A stretch of DNA of 64,000 bases from Trichormus sp. ATA11-4-KO1 (lineage in GTDB: Bacteria; Cyanobacteriota; Cyanobacteriia; Cyanobacteriales; Nostocaceae): the NCBI GenBank assembly GCA_019358915.1, contig JAHHIM010000005.1, positions 112,111 to 176,110 on the forward strand, given 5' to 3'. The notes beneath the pieces are model-generated. The model ran no database searches. It worked only from the letters and a program-made list of their open reading frames with translations, and was not told the origin of the DNA. Positions 21,385-30,717 of this stretch are shown piece after piece. A program made the translations under genes and the position numbers. Every line of letters begins with the position of its first letter. Within the stretch, counting starts at the first letter, position 1.

Positions 21385-22935
21385 TTAGATTGGTTTTGCC
21401 CCGAAGTGTTGGATGAGTAAGTCTCGTAATACTGGCTGTAGGTCTTCGCAAGGAATACCTTTTTGTATGCATTGACCTAGATGTGCGTCTTTGCCAACTT
21501 TGCCACCCATATAGATGTCTACGCCTTCTACAGCTTTGCCATTTTTCCGGGCTTTGGTTCCCATCAAACCGATGTCTGCAACTTGGGGTTGTCCGCAGGA
21601 GTTGGGGCAACCAGTCCAATGAATTCTTACTGGTTGAGTTAGGGTTAACTCGCTTTCTAAGGCTTTAACCATTTCCAGGGCGCGGTTTTTGGTTTCGATG
21701 AGGGCAAAGTTGCAAAATTGTGCGCCTGTGCAAGATACTAGCGATCGCGTCAGTATATCCGGATTAATAGAAAACCTATTCAGTAAAGACTCTGTTAAAA
21801 ATGTTTCTAAACGCGAGTCAGGAATATTCGGGATAATCACGTTCTGTTCAACTGTCAGCCGAATTTCGCCATTGCCGTAGACCTCGGCTAGACTGGCAAT
21901 TTCAAACATATCTTGGGCATATAACCGACCTACCGGAATATGCAAACCTACGTAATTTAATCCAGCTTGCTTTTGTTTATATACACCAACGTGGTCACGT
22001 TTTTCCCAATCGATCTCGTCTTTGGGGGCTGCGGGTAATAATGATTTACCCAAACGCTTTTCCACTTCAGAGCGAAACTTATCTACACCCCATTCATCAA
22101 TTAGCCACATTAGGCGAGATTTCAGACGATTAGCACGTAAGCCGTTGTCACGATAAACTTCTAAAACCGCTCTACATACAGCGACTACTTCTTCTGGAGT
22201 TACCCAAGCATTTAAGGGAATCGCCGCTTCACAACGTTTAGCAGAGAAGAACCCACCAACGAGGATGTTAAAGCCGAAGATGGGTTCTTCCCCATTACCT
22301 TGTTTAAAAGCTGGAACAAAGGCTAAGTCGTTGATTTCTGCATGAACTGAATTGTCACGTCCCCCGGCGATCGCAATATTAAATTTCCGGGGTAAGTTGG
22401 TAAACTCTGGATTTCCTTGACCTTTGTTGGTCAGCATATCCTGAATTTGCTGCACCAATTCTCTGGTATCATACAACTCATCAGCATCCAGCCCGGCTAC
22501 AGGGTTACCTGTGATATTACGGACGTTATCCATCCCTGATTGGACACTGGTTAAACCAACGGCGTGAAATCTATTAAAGATATCTGGTAAATCCTCAATT
22601 CTGATCCCCCGCAATTGGATATTTTGTCTCGTAGTAATATCAGCACTACCATCATCTCCGTAGCGCTGAACTACTGCCGCTAAAACACGCATTTGATTGC
22701 TCGTGAGAATACCGTTAGGTATCCGCATCCGCATCATAAATTTACCAGGTGTGACTGGGCGAAAAAATACACCCACCCATTTGAGCCGATGGTCTCGGTC
22801 AGTTTCATCCATTGCTTCCCAACCGAGATTGGCGAATTTTTCTATCTCCTCCTTAACGGCAAGTCCGTCTTTTTCGGCTTTGAATTTTTCAAATTTATTG
22901 AGGTTGACTTTGGTGGTTTCTGCTGTAACTGTCAT
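21385..22935 (-). CDS. nirA: ferredoxin-nitrite reductase
   Basis: NKFEKFK, TTRQNIQ, LPRKFN, CTGAQFC and GCPNSCG siroheme/Fe-S motifs. Confidence 0.97.
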   Translation of the reverse strand: MTVTAETTKVNLNKFEKFKAEKDGLAVKEEIEKFANLGWEAMDETDRDHRLKWVGVFFRPVTPGKFMMRMRIPNGILTSNQMRVLAAVVQRYGDDGSADITTRQNIQLRGIRIEDLPDIFNRFHAVGLTSVQSGMDNVRNITGNPVAGLDADELYDTRELVQQIQDMLTNKGQGNPEFTNLPRKFNIAIAGGRDNSVHAEINDLAFVPAFKQGNGEEPIFGFNILVGGFFSAKRCEAAIPLNAWVTPEEVVAVCRAVLEVYRDNGLRANRLKSRLMWLIDEWGVDKFRSEVEKRLGKSLLPAAPKDEIDWEKRDHVGVYKQKQAGLNYVGLHIPVGRLYAQDMFEIASLAEVYGNGEIRLTVEQNVIIPNIPDSRLETFLTESLLNRFSINPDILTRSLVSCTGAQFCNFALIETKNRALEMVKALESELTLTQPVRIHWTGCPNSCGQPQVADIGLMGTKARKNGKAVEGVDIYMGGKVGKDAHLGQCIQKGIPCEDLQPVLRDLLIQHFGAKPI

Positions 22936-23228
22936 AAACTGACTCTCATTGCAAGTAACTGCTAATTTGCAAGAACCTTGGAACTCGTTGTCCAATCTCA
23001 AACCCGTAATCTTTTAAATTCTTAATTACGAATTACGAATTACGAATTACAAATAATAACTTAAGAACACTCCCAGGTGGCTCATCTGCTACTTTATGAC
23101 CGATAAGATACCTGTCTCATGCTGCAAGTGACTTCGTAATTAGTTTGGGGAAATTTGTAATCTTTTACATTGAAATGATTTGTCAAGTAGGTTTAGTTAC
23201 TGTTTATGTAACGTTTTTGATACTTATC

Positions 23229-23270
23229 AGGTTAAGATGAGATTTTTGGTAAGATCGTATAGATAGCTAC
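23229..23270 (-). promoter_or_regulatory. NtcA-activated nirA promoter
   Basis: Minus strand GTAGCTATCTATAC (GTA-N8-TAC, 23270-23257), 22 nt, then TAACCT -10 box (23234-23229): the classic NtcA class II layout. Confidence 0.85.
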
Positions 23271-23307
23271 AAAATTGTGATAAAATCGTTAAACTTGCAT
23301 TAGTAAA

Positions 23308-23322
23308 ATGCATTTTTTGCAT
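23308..23322. promoter_or_regulatory. probable NtcB (LysR-type) binding site
   Basis: ATGC-N7-GCAT inverted motif upstream of the NtcA site. Confidence 0.55.
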
Positions 23323-23489
23323 AATTTCCGCAAAAGAGCCAAAACTTATTACATCTGCGACTAAATTTAGTAGCGAATAGACTCAAACAAACTTTGCGCC
23401 CCCCTGCGTTGATGAAATTGTGTACTTAGGCGATCGCTGTTAATCTAAATTGGAGAGATTAGTGACCGATTACACATAAGTTCCAAACT

Positions 23490-23897
23490 ATGAAACGTCG
23501 TGAATTGATCAATTGGGTGGGTTTAGGAGCAATAGCTAGTAGCCTACCCATAGCGATCGCTGCTTGTACTGCCAAAACTGCATCTGCAGATTGGCAAATA
23601 GTGGGTACTGTTGCAGATTTAGATAAAAACGGGGAATTACTGGTGAAAAACTGGCCTACAGTTAATGTTTTAGTAGTTGGTACATCCCAAAGCGCAAATC
23701 TAATTGCTGTTGACCCTACTTGTACTCACTCAGGTTGTACAGTAACATGGCAAACTGAAGGCGAAAAATTTAACTGTCGTTGTCATGGCGCAGAATATGG
23801 CGCTGATGGTAATGTACAAAGAGGCCCCGCTACAGAACCTCTCAAATCTTACACCGCCAAGATAGAGAATAATTCAGTTTTAGTTAAGCCAAATTAG
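23490..23897 (+). CDS. Rieske 2Fe-2S lipoprotein-like protein
   Basis: KRRELI Tat-like signal, CTHSGC and CRCHGAEY Rieske boxes, GPA..PL. Confidence 0.9.
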   Translation: MKRRELINWVGLGAIASSLPIAIAACTAKTASADWQIVGTVADLDKNGELLVKNWPTVNVLVVGTSQSANLIAVDPTCTHSGCTVTWQTEGEKFNCRCHGAEYGADGNVQRGPATEPLKSYTAKIENNSVLVKPN

Positions 23898-23914
23898 CTA
23901 ATTAAAAAAGCATT

Positions 23915-25210
23915 GTGAACAATATCAACCAGCTTTTGGTGCAAGCACAGTTAGCAAAGGATACATCTGACTTGTCATCGCTGATTCAATATCTGCAACA
24001 GTTGACTTTAACAGACTCTACAAATCCAGAGATAGTTAAAAATCGAGAACATCTCCTAGAATTAGCACTCTCGGTTTTACAAGTAGGAGACTTTCAGCAA
24101 CGTTGGGATATTACCAAAGTATTGATTCACTTAGGAAATGTTGCCATACCCCCGTTAATTAACATCTTAAAAGATGAAGATACCGAAGAAGAATTACGCT
24201 GGTATGCAGCACGAATTTTAGGTGAATTTCAACACCCAAATACTATCTTTGCTTTAGTGGAATTACTGAAAAAAACTGAAGATGAAGAACTCAAAGCGAT
24301 CGCCGCAACAGCATTAGGGCAAATGGGTACTGTAGCGATTACAGCACTAACTGAACTACTAAACAAAGAAAATACAAGGCTTTTAGCAGTGCGATCGCTT
24401 GCCTATATTGGCACTAAAGAAATTATTACACCTCTATTAACTGTTGTACAAGATTCACAAGTCTTAGTCCGCACGGCCGTCATCGAAGCTCTTAGTAACT
24501 TTCATGATCAACGTGTACCACCAGTATTATTAAACGCCTTGGATGATTTGGCTGCTACCGTCAGATGTGCAGCAGTGCTGGGTTTAGGTTTCCGCGCTGA
24601 TTTGTGTACAGAATTAAATTTAGTAACGAGACTACAACCAAGATTGTACGATTTTAATCTTGAGGTTTGTTGTGCTGCGGCGATCGCTTTATCTCGCATG
24701 GGTACAGATGATGCAACTCACCAATTATTTCAGGTGCTTGTATCACCTAATACATCTGTACAACTGCAAGTAGAAATTATCCGAGGTTTGATGTGGTGTG
24801 AGATGTTATCTGGTTTGGAGTATTTACACAAAGCACTAAATCAAACCACCTCAGAAACATTATGGCAGGAAATTATTACAGTTTTGGGACAAGTACAAAA
24901 GCCCCAATTAAAGATACCAGCCGCAGAAATTTTATTAGAAATATTGCAATCTCAACATCCAGCCACCAATATTGCCAGTATTAAAAGTGCGATCGCTTTG
25001 GCTTTAGGACAGTTAGGTAATCAACAAGCTACTGAGTCATTAATTTTACTTCTAGCCGACACCAATCAAATAGTCAGACTCCGGGCGATCGCATCTTTGA
25101 AAAAACTGGCTGGAGAAGATGCACATCAACAATTACAGCAATTGGCTAATGACACCAAACTGTCACCAGATTTACAACAAGGAATAGCGATCGCTTTAGC
25201 TGAGTGGTAA
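23915..25210 (+). CDS. nirB: HEAT-repeat protein NirB
   Basis: PBS-lyase HEAT repeats; divergent from nirA, after the Rieske gene. Confidence 0.8.
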   Translation: MNNINQLLVQAQLAKDTSDLSSLIQYLQQLTLTDSTNPEIVKNREHLLELALSVLQVGDFQQRWDITKVLIHLGNVAIPPLINILKDEDTEEELRWYAARILGEFQHPNTIFALVELLKKTEDEELKAIAATALGQMGTVAITALTELLNKENTRLLAVRSLAYIGTKEIITPLLTVVQDSQVLVRTAVIEALSNFHDQRVPPVLLNALDDLAATVRCAAVLGLGFRADLCTELNLVTRLQPRLYDFNLEVCCAAAIALSRMGTDDATHQLFQVLVSPNTSVQLQVEIIRGLMWCEMLSGLEYLHKALNQTTSETLWQEIITVLGQVQKPQLKIPAAEILLEILQSQHPATNIASIKSAIALALGQLGNQQATESLILLLADTNQIVRLRAIASLKKLAGEDAHQQLQQLANDTKLSPDLQQGIAIALAEW

Positions 25211-25278
25211 AGATAATATTGTGAACAGAATACAATCGCCAAGCTATGATTTAGAGCATATTGCCACTAATTAATGAT

Positions 25279-25485
25279 ATGAAAACCTTTACCGCGATCA
25301 TCGAGCGCGATAGTGAAACAAACCTCTATGTTGGCTACGTCCCTGGATTTCCTGGAGCGCATTCTCAGGGAGAAAGCTTAGATGAGTTACAAAAAAATCT
25401 GCACGAAGTTATTTCGATGCTGCTAGAAGATGAAGACGTAAAATTTGAGACAGAATTTGTTGGTATTCAACAGATTGTGGTTTAG
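25279..25485 (+). CDS. hicB: HicB-family antitoxin
   Basis: YVGYVPGFPGAHSQGESLDEL. Confidence 0.88.
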   Translation: MKTFTAIIERDSETNLYVGYVPGFPGAHSQGESLDELQKNLHEVISMLLEDEDVKFETEFVGIQQIVV

Positions 25486-25491
25486 TAAAGC

Positions 25492-25716
25492 ATGAGTAAT
25501 ATTCCTGTACTCAAGCCACAAGAAGTTCTCCGTATTCTAGAAAACCTTGGTTTTGTCGAAGTTCGTCAAAAAGGTTCACACAAGCAGTTTCGACATCAAG
25601 ATGGTCGAGGAACAACAGTTCCATTTCATAAAGGGCGTGATATTTCACCAAGATTACTACGCCAGATTGCAAATGATATTGGTTTGTCTGTTGAAGAAAT
25701 GCTGGAAGAGCAGTGA
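25492..25716 (+). CDS. hicA: HicA-family toxin
   Basis: LGFVEVRQKGSHKQFRH.DGR.TTVPFH. Confidence 0.9.
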   Translation: MSNIPVLKPQEVLRILENLGFVEVRQKGSHKQFRHQDGRGTTVPFHKGRDISPRLLRQIANDIGLSVEEMLEEQ

Positions 25717-25731
25717 GGTTTCATGAGGTTT

Positions 25732-25770
25732 AAACCGACACCAGAATTGCAAACAGGAATAGCGATCGCT
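25732..25770 (+). repeat. diverged duplicate of the nirB 3' end (25157-25195)
   Basis: 33/39 identical by manual alignment; both copies end in HIP1. Confidence 0.8.
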
Positions 25771-25862
25771 AAAGGTAAAACACCATAATTTCCCCTGATC
25801 TCTAAGAATAAGTGGCATCTTCGCAGATTTTATCGTGGAAAATCGAACTCAGTCAAAATATC

Positions 25863-26639
25863 CTAAGTTTTAAACTGTTTTGCCAACATATTCAACAGAA
25901 TTTTTCGTGGTACTAATCGAGCTAATGTACTTCTGATTTGAGTTTTCATGTCACCCATAACAATGGTTGGTTGACAATTTTCTAAAGCTTTTAATGATGC
26001 ACGCACAACTTTTTCTGAAGAATAAGCCTTATCTGTGTTTCCTGCTAAAGCTGGAGGAAAGTTAGCTTCAACAAAAAAGTTGGTTTCTATTGGACCTGGA
26101 CAAGTAACTAAAACACGGACACCATAGTGACGATTTTCTGCCCACAGTGCTTCACTGAAACTGAGAATAAAAGCTTTACTAGCAGCATATACCGAAAGAT
26201 ATGGTATCGGTTGAAATGCCGTAATCGAAGATACATTAATAATACTGCCAGAACGACGTTGCCGCATTAGAGGTAGAAATTTATGTGTTAAATCTACCAA
26301 TGCCAAAATGTTGAGTTGTACAATTTTAACTTGCCGTTCTCTGTCGCTTTCGGCAAAGTCACCGTAGTCACCAAAACCAGCATTATTGATTAATAAATCA
26401 ATCGTTAATCCCTTAGCTTTAGTAGCATCAAAGACAGCAGCAGGTGCATTAGGCTCGGTCAGGTCTTTAACTATCACATCTACTTGAATTGTGTATTGCT
26501 CTTGTAATTTTTTTGCTAGTTGATTAAGTTTTTCTCCAGAGCGAGAAACAAGCACCAGATTTGTCTTCCGTGCAGCTAGTTCTTGGGCAAAGGCTTTGCC
26601 AATACCACTAGATGCACCAGTAATTAAAGCAGTTACCAT
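25863..26639 (-). CDS. short-chain dehydrogenase/reductase
   Basis: TGASSGIG, NNAG, YAASK. Confidence 0.92.
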   Translation of the reverse strand: MVTALITGASSGIGKAFAQELAARKTNLVLVSRSGEKLNQLAKKLQEQYTIQVDVIVKDLTEPNAPAAVFDATKAKGLTIDLLINNAGFGDYGDFAESDRERQVKIVQLNILALVDLTHKFLPLMRQRRSGSIINVSSITAFQPIPYLSVYAASKAFILSFSEALWAENRHYGVRVLVTCPGPIETNFFVEANFPPALAGNTDKAYSSEKVVRASLKALENCQPTIVMGDMKTQIRSTLARLVPRKILLNMLAKQFKT

Positions 26640-26908
26640 TCTAAATGTTAAGGATATTATGATTAACCTTATAAATTTTACCAATAGTTATCACAGCTTT
26701 TAACTATCTCAAGTAACTTAAAATGAAGCACAAAAAAATACTCAATATTCAGTTATGACCTACGCAGAAGTAATGTCAGAATAAACTTGTCAAGACATCA
26801 ATAACACGAATTTAATCAGAGTTGGAAAGATTTATTAGACAAATTTTGTCGGTGTATGTTTCTAGTGGGGAATGGGAATACTAAATTTATAAGTTACAGT
26901 TCATATCT

Positions 26909-27313
26909 ATGTATCGTCTCAATCAAAGAGCTTGGCAAATTTTGCATAGTGAAGTTCAAAAGTGTAGTGGTGATGACCAAGTAAGTAGAATTGAGCAGGA
27001 AATCGTCATTGAACGACTAAAAAAACTGCGCTCAGAAAAAGGTTCTCCTGCTGGGTTAGATGAACTGCGCGATACAGTTATAGATATTTATCCACAATTT
27101 AGCGAAAAAACTCTTAAACAAGCTGTACAAGCTAATCAACCACCTGGTGTTTTTCCCAAAATTAAATGGGCAACTATCTTCTTAAGCAGTTCAGTTGGGG
27201 TACTGTGGGTAGTAAATTTGCCTTATCCGATGATTCGCTGGCCTGTGGCTAAAACTGCCTACGCAGAAGCCCAACAACTGCTTTTGTCAGCACAGAACAA
27301 GCTCAAACAGTAG
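26909..27313 (+). CDS. hypothetical membrane protein, possibly internally deleted
   Basis: 134 aa with one TM; NLPYPMIRWPVAKTA is followed abruptly by a short helical tail. Confidence 0.55.
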   Translation: MYRLNQRAWQILHSEVQKCSGDDQVSRIEQEIVIERLKKLRSEKGSPAGLDELRDTVIDIYPQFSEKTLKQAVQANQPPGVFPKIKWATIFLSSSVGVLWVVNLPYPMIRWPVAKTAYAEAQQLLLSAQNKLKQ

Positions 27314-27403
27314 GTATTATGTTGCATGTCTACGCTTGACTGCATGAGCAATAATATTGCTTTGCTATAAAATATATGTTATTTTAAGTAATTGTGTGGT
27401 TAA

Positions 27404-27477
<74 letters not shown>

Positions 27478-27645
27478 TTCAGAAAATAGTTAACGTCATC
27501 TTTAACAAATTCCTGTCACAATTAACGCATTATTTGACGATAGGTAGTTTGCAGACCCCATATCAAAGGTGAATTGCTAATGAACTCAGACAAAATCGCG
27601 TTGCTCCCTCACTAAGAAGCAGAATTTAAGTCAGGAGAAAGTTAA

Positions 27646-28503
27646 GTGATTCGACTCGATAATCATGTAGCTATTATCACTGGAAGTGGGCGAGGTTTGG
27701 GGGCAGCCTATGCCCGTCTGCTGGCGGAAAGAGGAGCGCGTGTCGTTGTGCATGACGCAGGCGTCAACAAAGATGGAACCGGATTCGATCCGAACGTGGC
27801 GGCTGATGCTGCAAGCAGGATTCGAGAAGCAGGTGGAGTTGCGTTTCCAAGCAACGTAATCCTTGATAGTAGAGATAACTGCCACAGTCTAGTGGAAACT
27901 ACGCTAGAGAAGTTTGGTCGCCTCGATATCTTGATCCACAATGCGGGATGGGTTGCCTATCAGTCAGTGCAAGAACTAACGCCTGATTTTCTACAGCGCG
28001 CCATCAGCATTAATTTAGAGGCACCAACATGGCTGGCTCAAGCCGCCTTTCCGATTATGAAACAGCAAAACTACGGACGGATTGTGCTTACGACTTCGGA
28101 TAGAGCTATTTATCAGCAATATGCACTCAGTGGTCTCGCCTCTTATGCTATGGGAAAAATGGCACAGATCGGTTTGATGAATGTGCTCGCGGTTGAAGGC
28201 AAAGAGCATGGAATTCTCGTTAATGCGATTTCGCCAGTAGCCAAAACGCGGATGTGGAACATCCAAGATCAGCCAGAGGATTTGCAACCCGATCAAGTAG
28301 CCCCCGGAGTGTTATATCTTGCTTCTTCAGAATGCCGAGAGTCTGGATTTATATTAAGGGCAAGCAATGGTCAATTCACAGCCGCGCGCTGGATCGAGCG
28401 AGATAACGTTGACTATCCGTTAAACCTTGCCGCGGTTGAAAGCTCTAGTGCAGAGGATTTGGCTACTCGCTGGCAGGAGGTTGTTGCGGATGTTGCGTTT
28501 TAA
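27646..28503 (+). CDS. SDR oxidoreductase (MFE-2/hydroxyacyl-CoA dehydrogenase-like)
   Basis: TGSGRGLG..YA..LAERGA.VVVHD, HNAG, YAMGK; AGGAG RBS. Confidence 0.88.
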   Translation: MIRLDNHVAIITGSGRGLGAAYARLLAERGARVVVHDAGVNKDGTGFDPNVAADAASRIREAGGVAFPSNVILDSRDNCHSLVETTLEKFGRLDILIHNAGWVAYQSVQELTPDFLQRAISINLEAPTWLAQAAFPIMKQQNYGRIVLTTSDRAIYQQYALSGLASYAMGKMAQIGLMNVLAVEGKEHGILVNAISPVAKTRMWNIQDQPEDLQPDQVAPGVLYLASSECRESGFILRASNGQFTAARWIERDNVDYPLNLAAVESSSAEDLATRWQEVVADVAF

Positions 28504-28615
28504 GTACTGGGCTTGTACTTCGAGATGGTCTGTAGGGAAACAATTGAGGTTATTCGTGGGGGCATAGTTGAAAAATTGAAATTACCCATCGTAGGGATCG
28601 ATGCCATCACGTTTA

Positions 28616-28930
28616 ATGGGTAGTAGGGAAAGGGATAGCAATATCCCTTTCCCCCCGACAAACCGGACATGCAAGTTAAGCAAGCATCCGGCTTTAGCAA
28701 ATTATCGAGCTACCAAAGACTCAGTTCATCGTCGAGTTCAGAATTGAGTTAACGATGATTACGCTAAGATTGATTCTTCTTGGGGTGCACTCATTTAGCA
28801 CACCTTCTTTCCCTGACAAACATCCATCTATCTAGAGAACTGAATATTTGTGAGGAAACTACAGTCCGGTAATAGTTAGCGATTCCCCGAATAATGGGGT
28901 TTAGCTTGTCTATGACAAAATCAACACTAC
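28616..28930 (-). mobile_element. group II intron relic (maturase fragment, domain V, domain VI)
   Basis: KLNPIIRGIANYYR...LDRWMF...HPKK with stop codons; DV AGCCGGATGC...GCATGTCCGGTT; DVI hairpin ending CTACTACCCAT. Confidence 0.85.
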
Positions 28931-29060
28931 AGCTAGTAGTATCTAACCAAACTTGTTTGATTTTATTTCGGACATTAAAAATGCTTTCAATAGGAAAAAA
29001 ATTTAATTTTCAAAGTTTGGTTATTAATGACGCAGACAGCAACATATCAGACGGAAATTT

Positions 29061-29309
29061 TCAAGTCGGCACTAATTCACCAGGACGCAATTTCGACCAT
29101 TTACCCATTTCTTTCTTAAAGCTGAGACAACCAACAACATCCCATTCCATCTCAATCACATCTTCCTTGGTGCGGATGTTGACATTGATGGAGGGTTCAT
29201 TGGGGTTAAATGTGGGATCTTCAGTCAAGTGGGGCTGTTGGTGTTGTGCTTCTACGGCATGGTAGGTTTCACAACGGTCTACATAGTGGCAGTTCACACA
29301 AATACACAT
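29061..29309 (-). CDS. ycf34: Ycf34 family protein
   Basis: MCICVNCHYVDRC.TYHAVE.QH...EWDVVGC. Confidence 0.92.
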   Translation of the reverse strand: MCICVNCHYVDRCETYHAVEAQHQQPHLTEDPTFNPNEPSINVNIRTKEDVIEMEWDVVGCLSFKKEMGKWSKLRPGELVPT

Positions 29310-29399
29310 GATAGAACCAACTCCAGGAACCTTTCTTTATTGTTAATCTAACTTAAGCTCAGCTTTTATTCATGAGCTGTTAGGTTGATTTTTATTACA

Positions 29400-30683
29400 A
29401 TGTACGGTTCAATTTATCCTACTTTAGTTCCCGCAAATTGGCCTTTTAGCTTGGAATGGTTGCCACAACCTGCTTACATGGTTGGTGGTGCAGTGCGGGA
29501 TGCGCTGCTTAAAAGAAGTCGTGAATATCTGGATTTAGATTTTATTATCTCATCGGATGCGGTCAAGGTGGCAAAGGCGATCGCTCGTCATTATCAAGCT
29601 GGTTTTGTCTTACTCGATGCACAACGAAAAATCGCTCGTGTGGTATTTCCCGAAGCAACGGCTGATTTTGCGCAACAAGAAGGGGATAGTTTAGCAAATG
29701 ACTTGCATAGAAGAGATTTTACAATTAATGCGATCGCCTATAATCCCCACACCCAAGAAATCATCGATCCTCTGCAAGGTTATGCAGATTTACAACAAGG
29801 TTTGTTGCGAATGATATCACCAGCCAACCTAGAAGATGACCCTTTGCGGTTAATGCGCGCCTATCGCCAAGCCGCACAACTTGGTTTTACTATTGAACCT
29901 GTCACCCAAGCTACAATTCGTTCTTTAGCATCACAAATAACGCAAGTTGCAGCCGAACGAGTGCGAGTAGAAATTGGCTATCTGTTGGCAAATTCTCAAG
30001 GTACTCCCTGGATAACAAGTGCGGGGGAAGATGGTTTACTTGCACCTTTCTTCAAAAATGCTACGGCTGAAAGCTTCCACAAACTCGCAGCAGTAGACAC
30101 AGTAGCGACCTTACTGGTAAAAAATTGGCCCCAACTAAGTGTAGAACTGCAACAATACGTGCGCGATACAGTCAAAACTACTTGGTTAGGTATGACAAAA
30201 CTTGCTTGTCTGGTTCACCCAAATCCAGAAGTTGCCGAAATAGAATTACAGGAACTAACATACAGCCGTGCGGAAATTCGAGCTGTTACCACTGCGCTGA
30301 AACTGCTACCGCAGATAAAATCAGCGAGTATGTCAATCCGAGAACAATATTTCTTGTTCCAAGAAGCGGGGATTGTATTTCCGGCTATAGTAGTTTTAGC
30401 CTTAGTAGATAATACTTTGGTAGAGGCGATGTCTGGTGACAAGTTGCTACGCGCTTACGCACCTTTGATCAGCCGCTACCTTAACCCTGATGATCTGGTC
30501 GCTCATCCCACTCAGCTAGTAAGTGGTAAGAAGCTAATTATAACCCTAAATATTCCGGCTTCGCCAGTAATAGGCGAATTGCTCACAGAAATTGCCATAG
30601 CGCAAGCTGAGGGGAAAGTTTCCACAGCAGCAGAGGCTATAGAGTATGCACGTCAGTTGCTTGAGGGTGAGATTTTCGGCTGA
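29400..30683 (+). CDS. tRNA nucleotidyltransferase (probably CC-adding type)
   Basis: VGGAVRD, DLD, RRDFTINA, DDPLR; very short segment before motif B (no flexible loop). Confidence 0.85.
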   Translation: MYGSIYPTLVPANWPFSLEWLPQPAYMVGGAVRDALLKRSREYLDLDFIISSDAVKVAKAIARHYQAGFVLLDAQRKIARVVFPEATADFAQQEGDSLANDLHRRDFTINAIAYNPHTQEIIDPLQGYADLQQGLLRMISPANLEDDPLRLMRAYRQAAQLGFTIEPVTQATIRSLASQITQVAAERVRVEIGYLLANSQGTPWITSAGEDGLLAPFFKNATAESFHKLAAVDTVATLLVKNWPQLSVELQQYVRDTVKTTWLGMTKLACLVHPNPEVAEIELQELTYSRAEIRAVTTALKLLPQIKSASMSIREQYFLFQEAGIVFPAIVVLALVDNTLVEAMSGDKLLRAYAPLISRYLNPDDLVAHPTQLVSGKKLIITLNIPASPVIGELLTEIAIAQAEGKVSTAAEAIEYARQLLEGEIFG

Positions 30684-30717
30684 CGGGGAACTGAATCAGC
30701 CGGAATCTGATTGTTAT

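Noticed and set aside
14363..23050. CRISPR array
   Set aside because: The repeats are 7-nt tandems without spacers, and no cas genes are present
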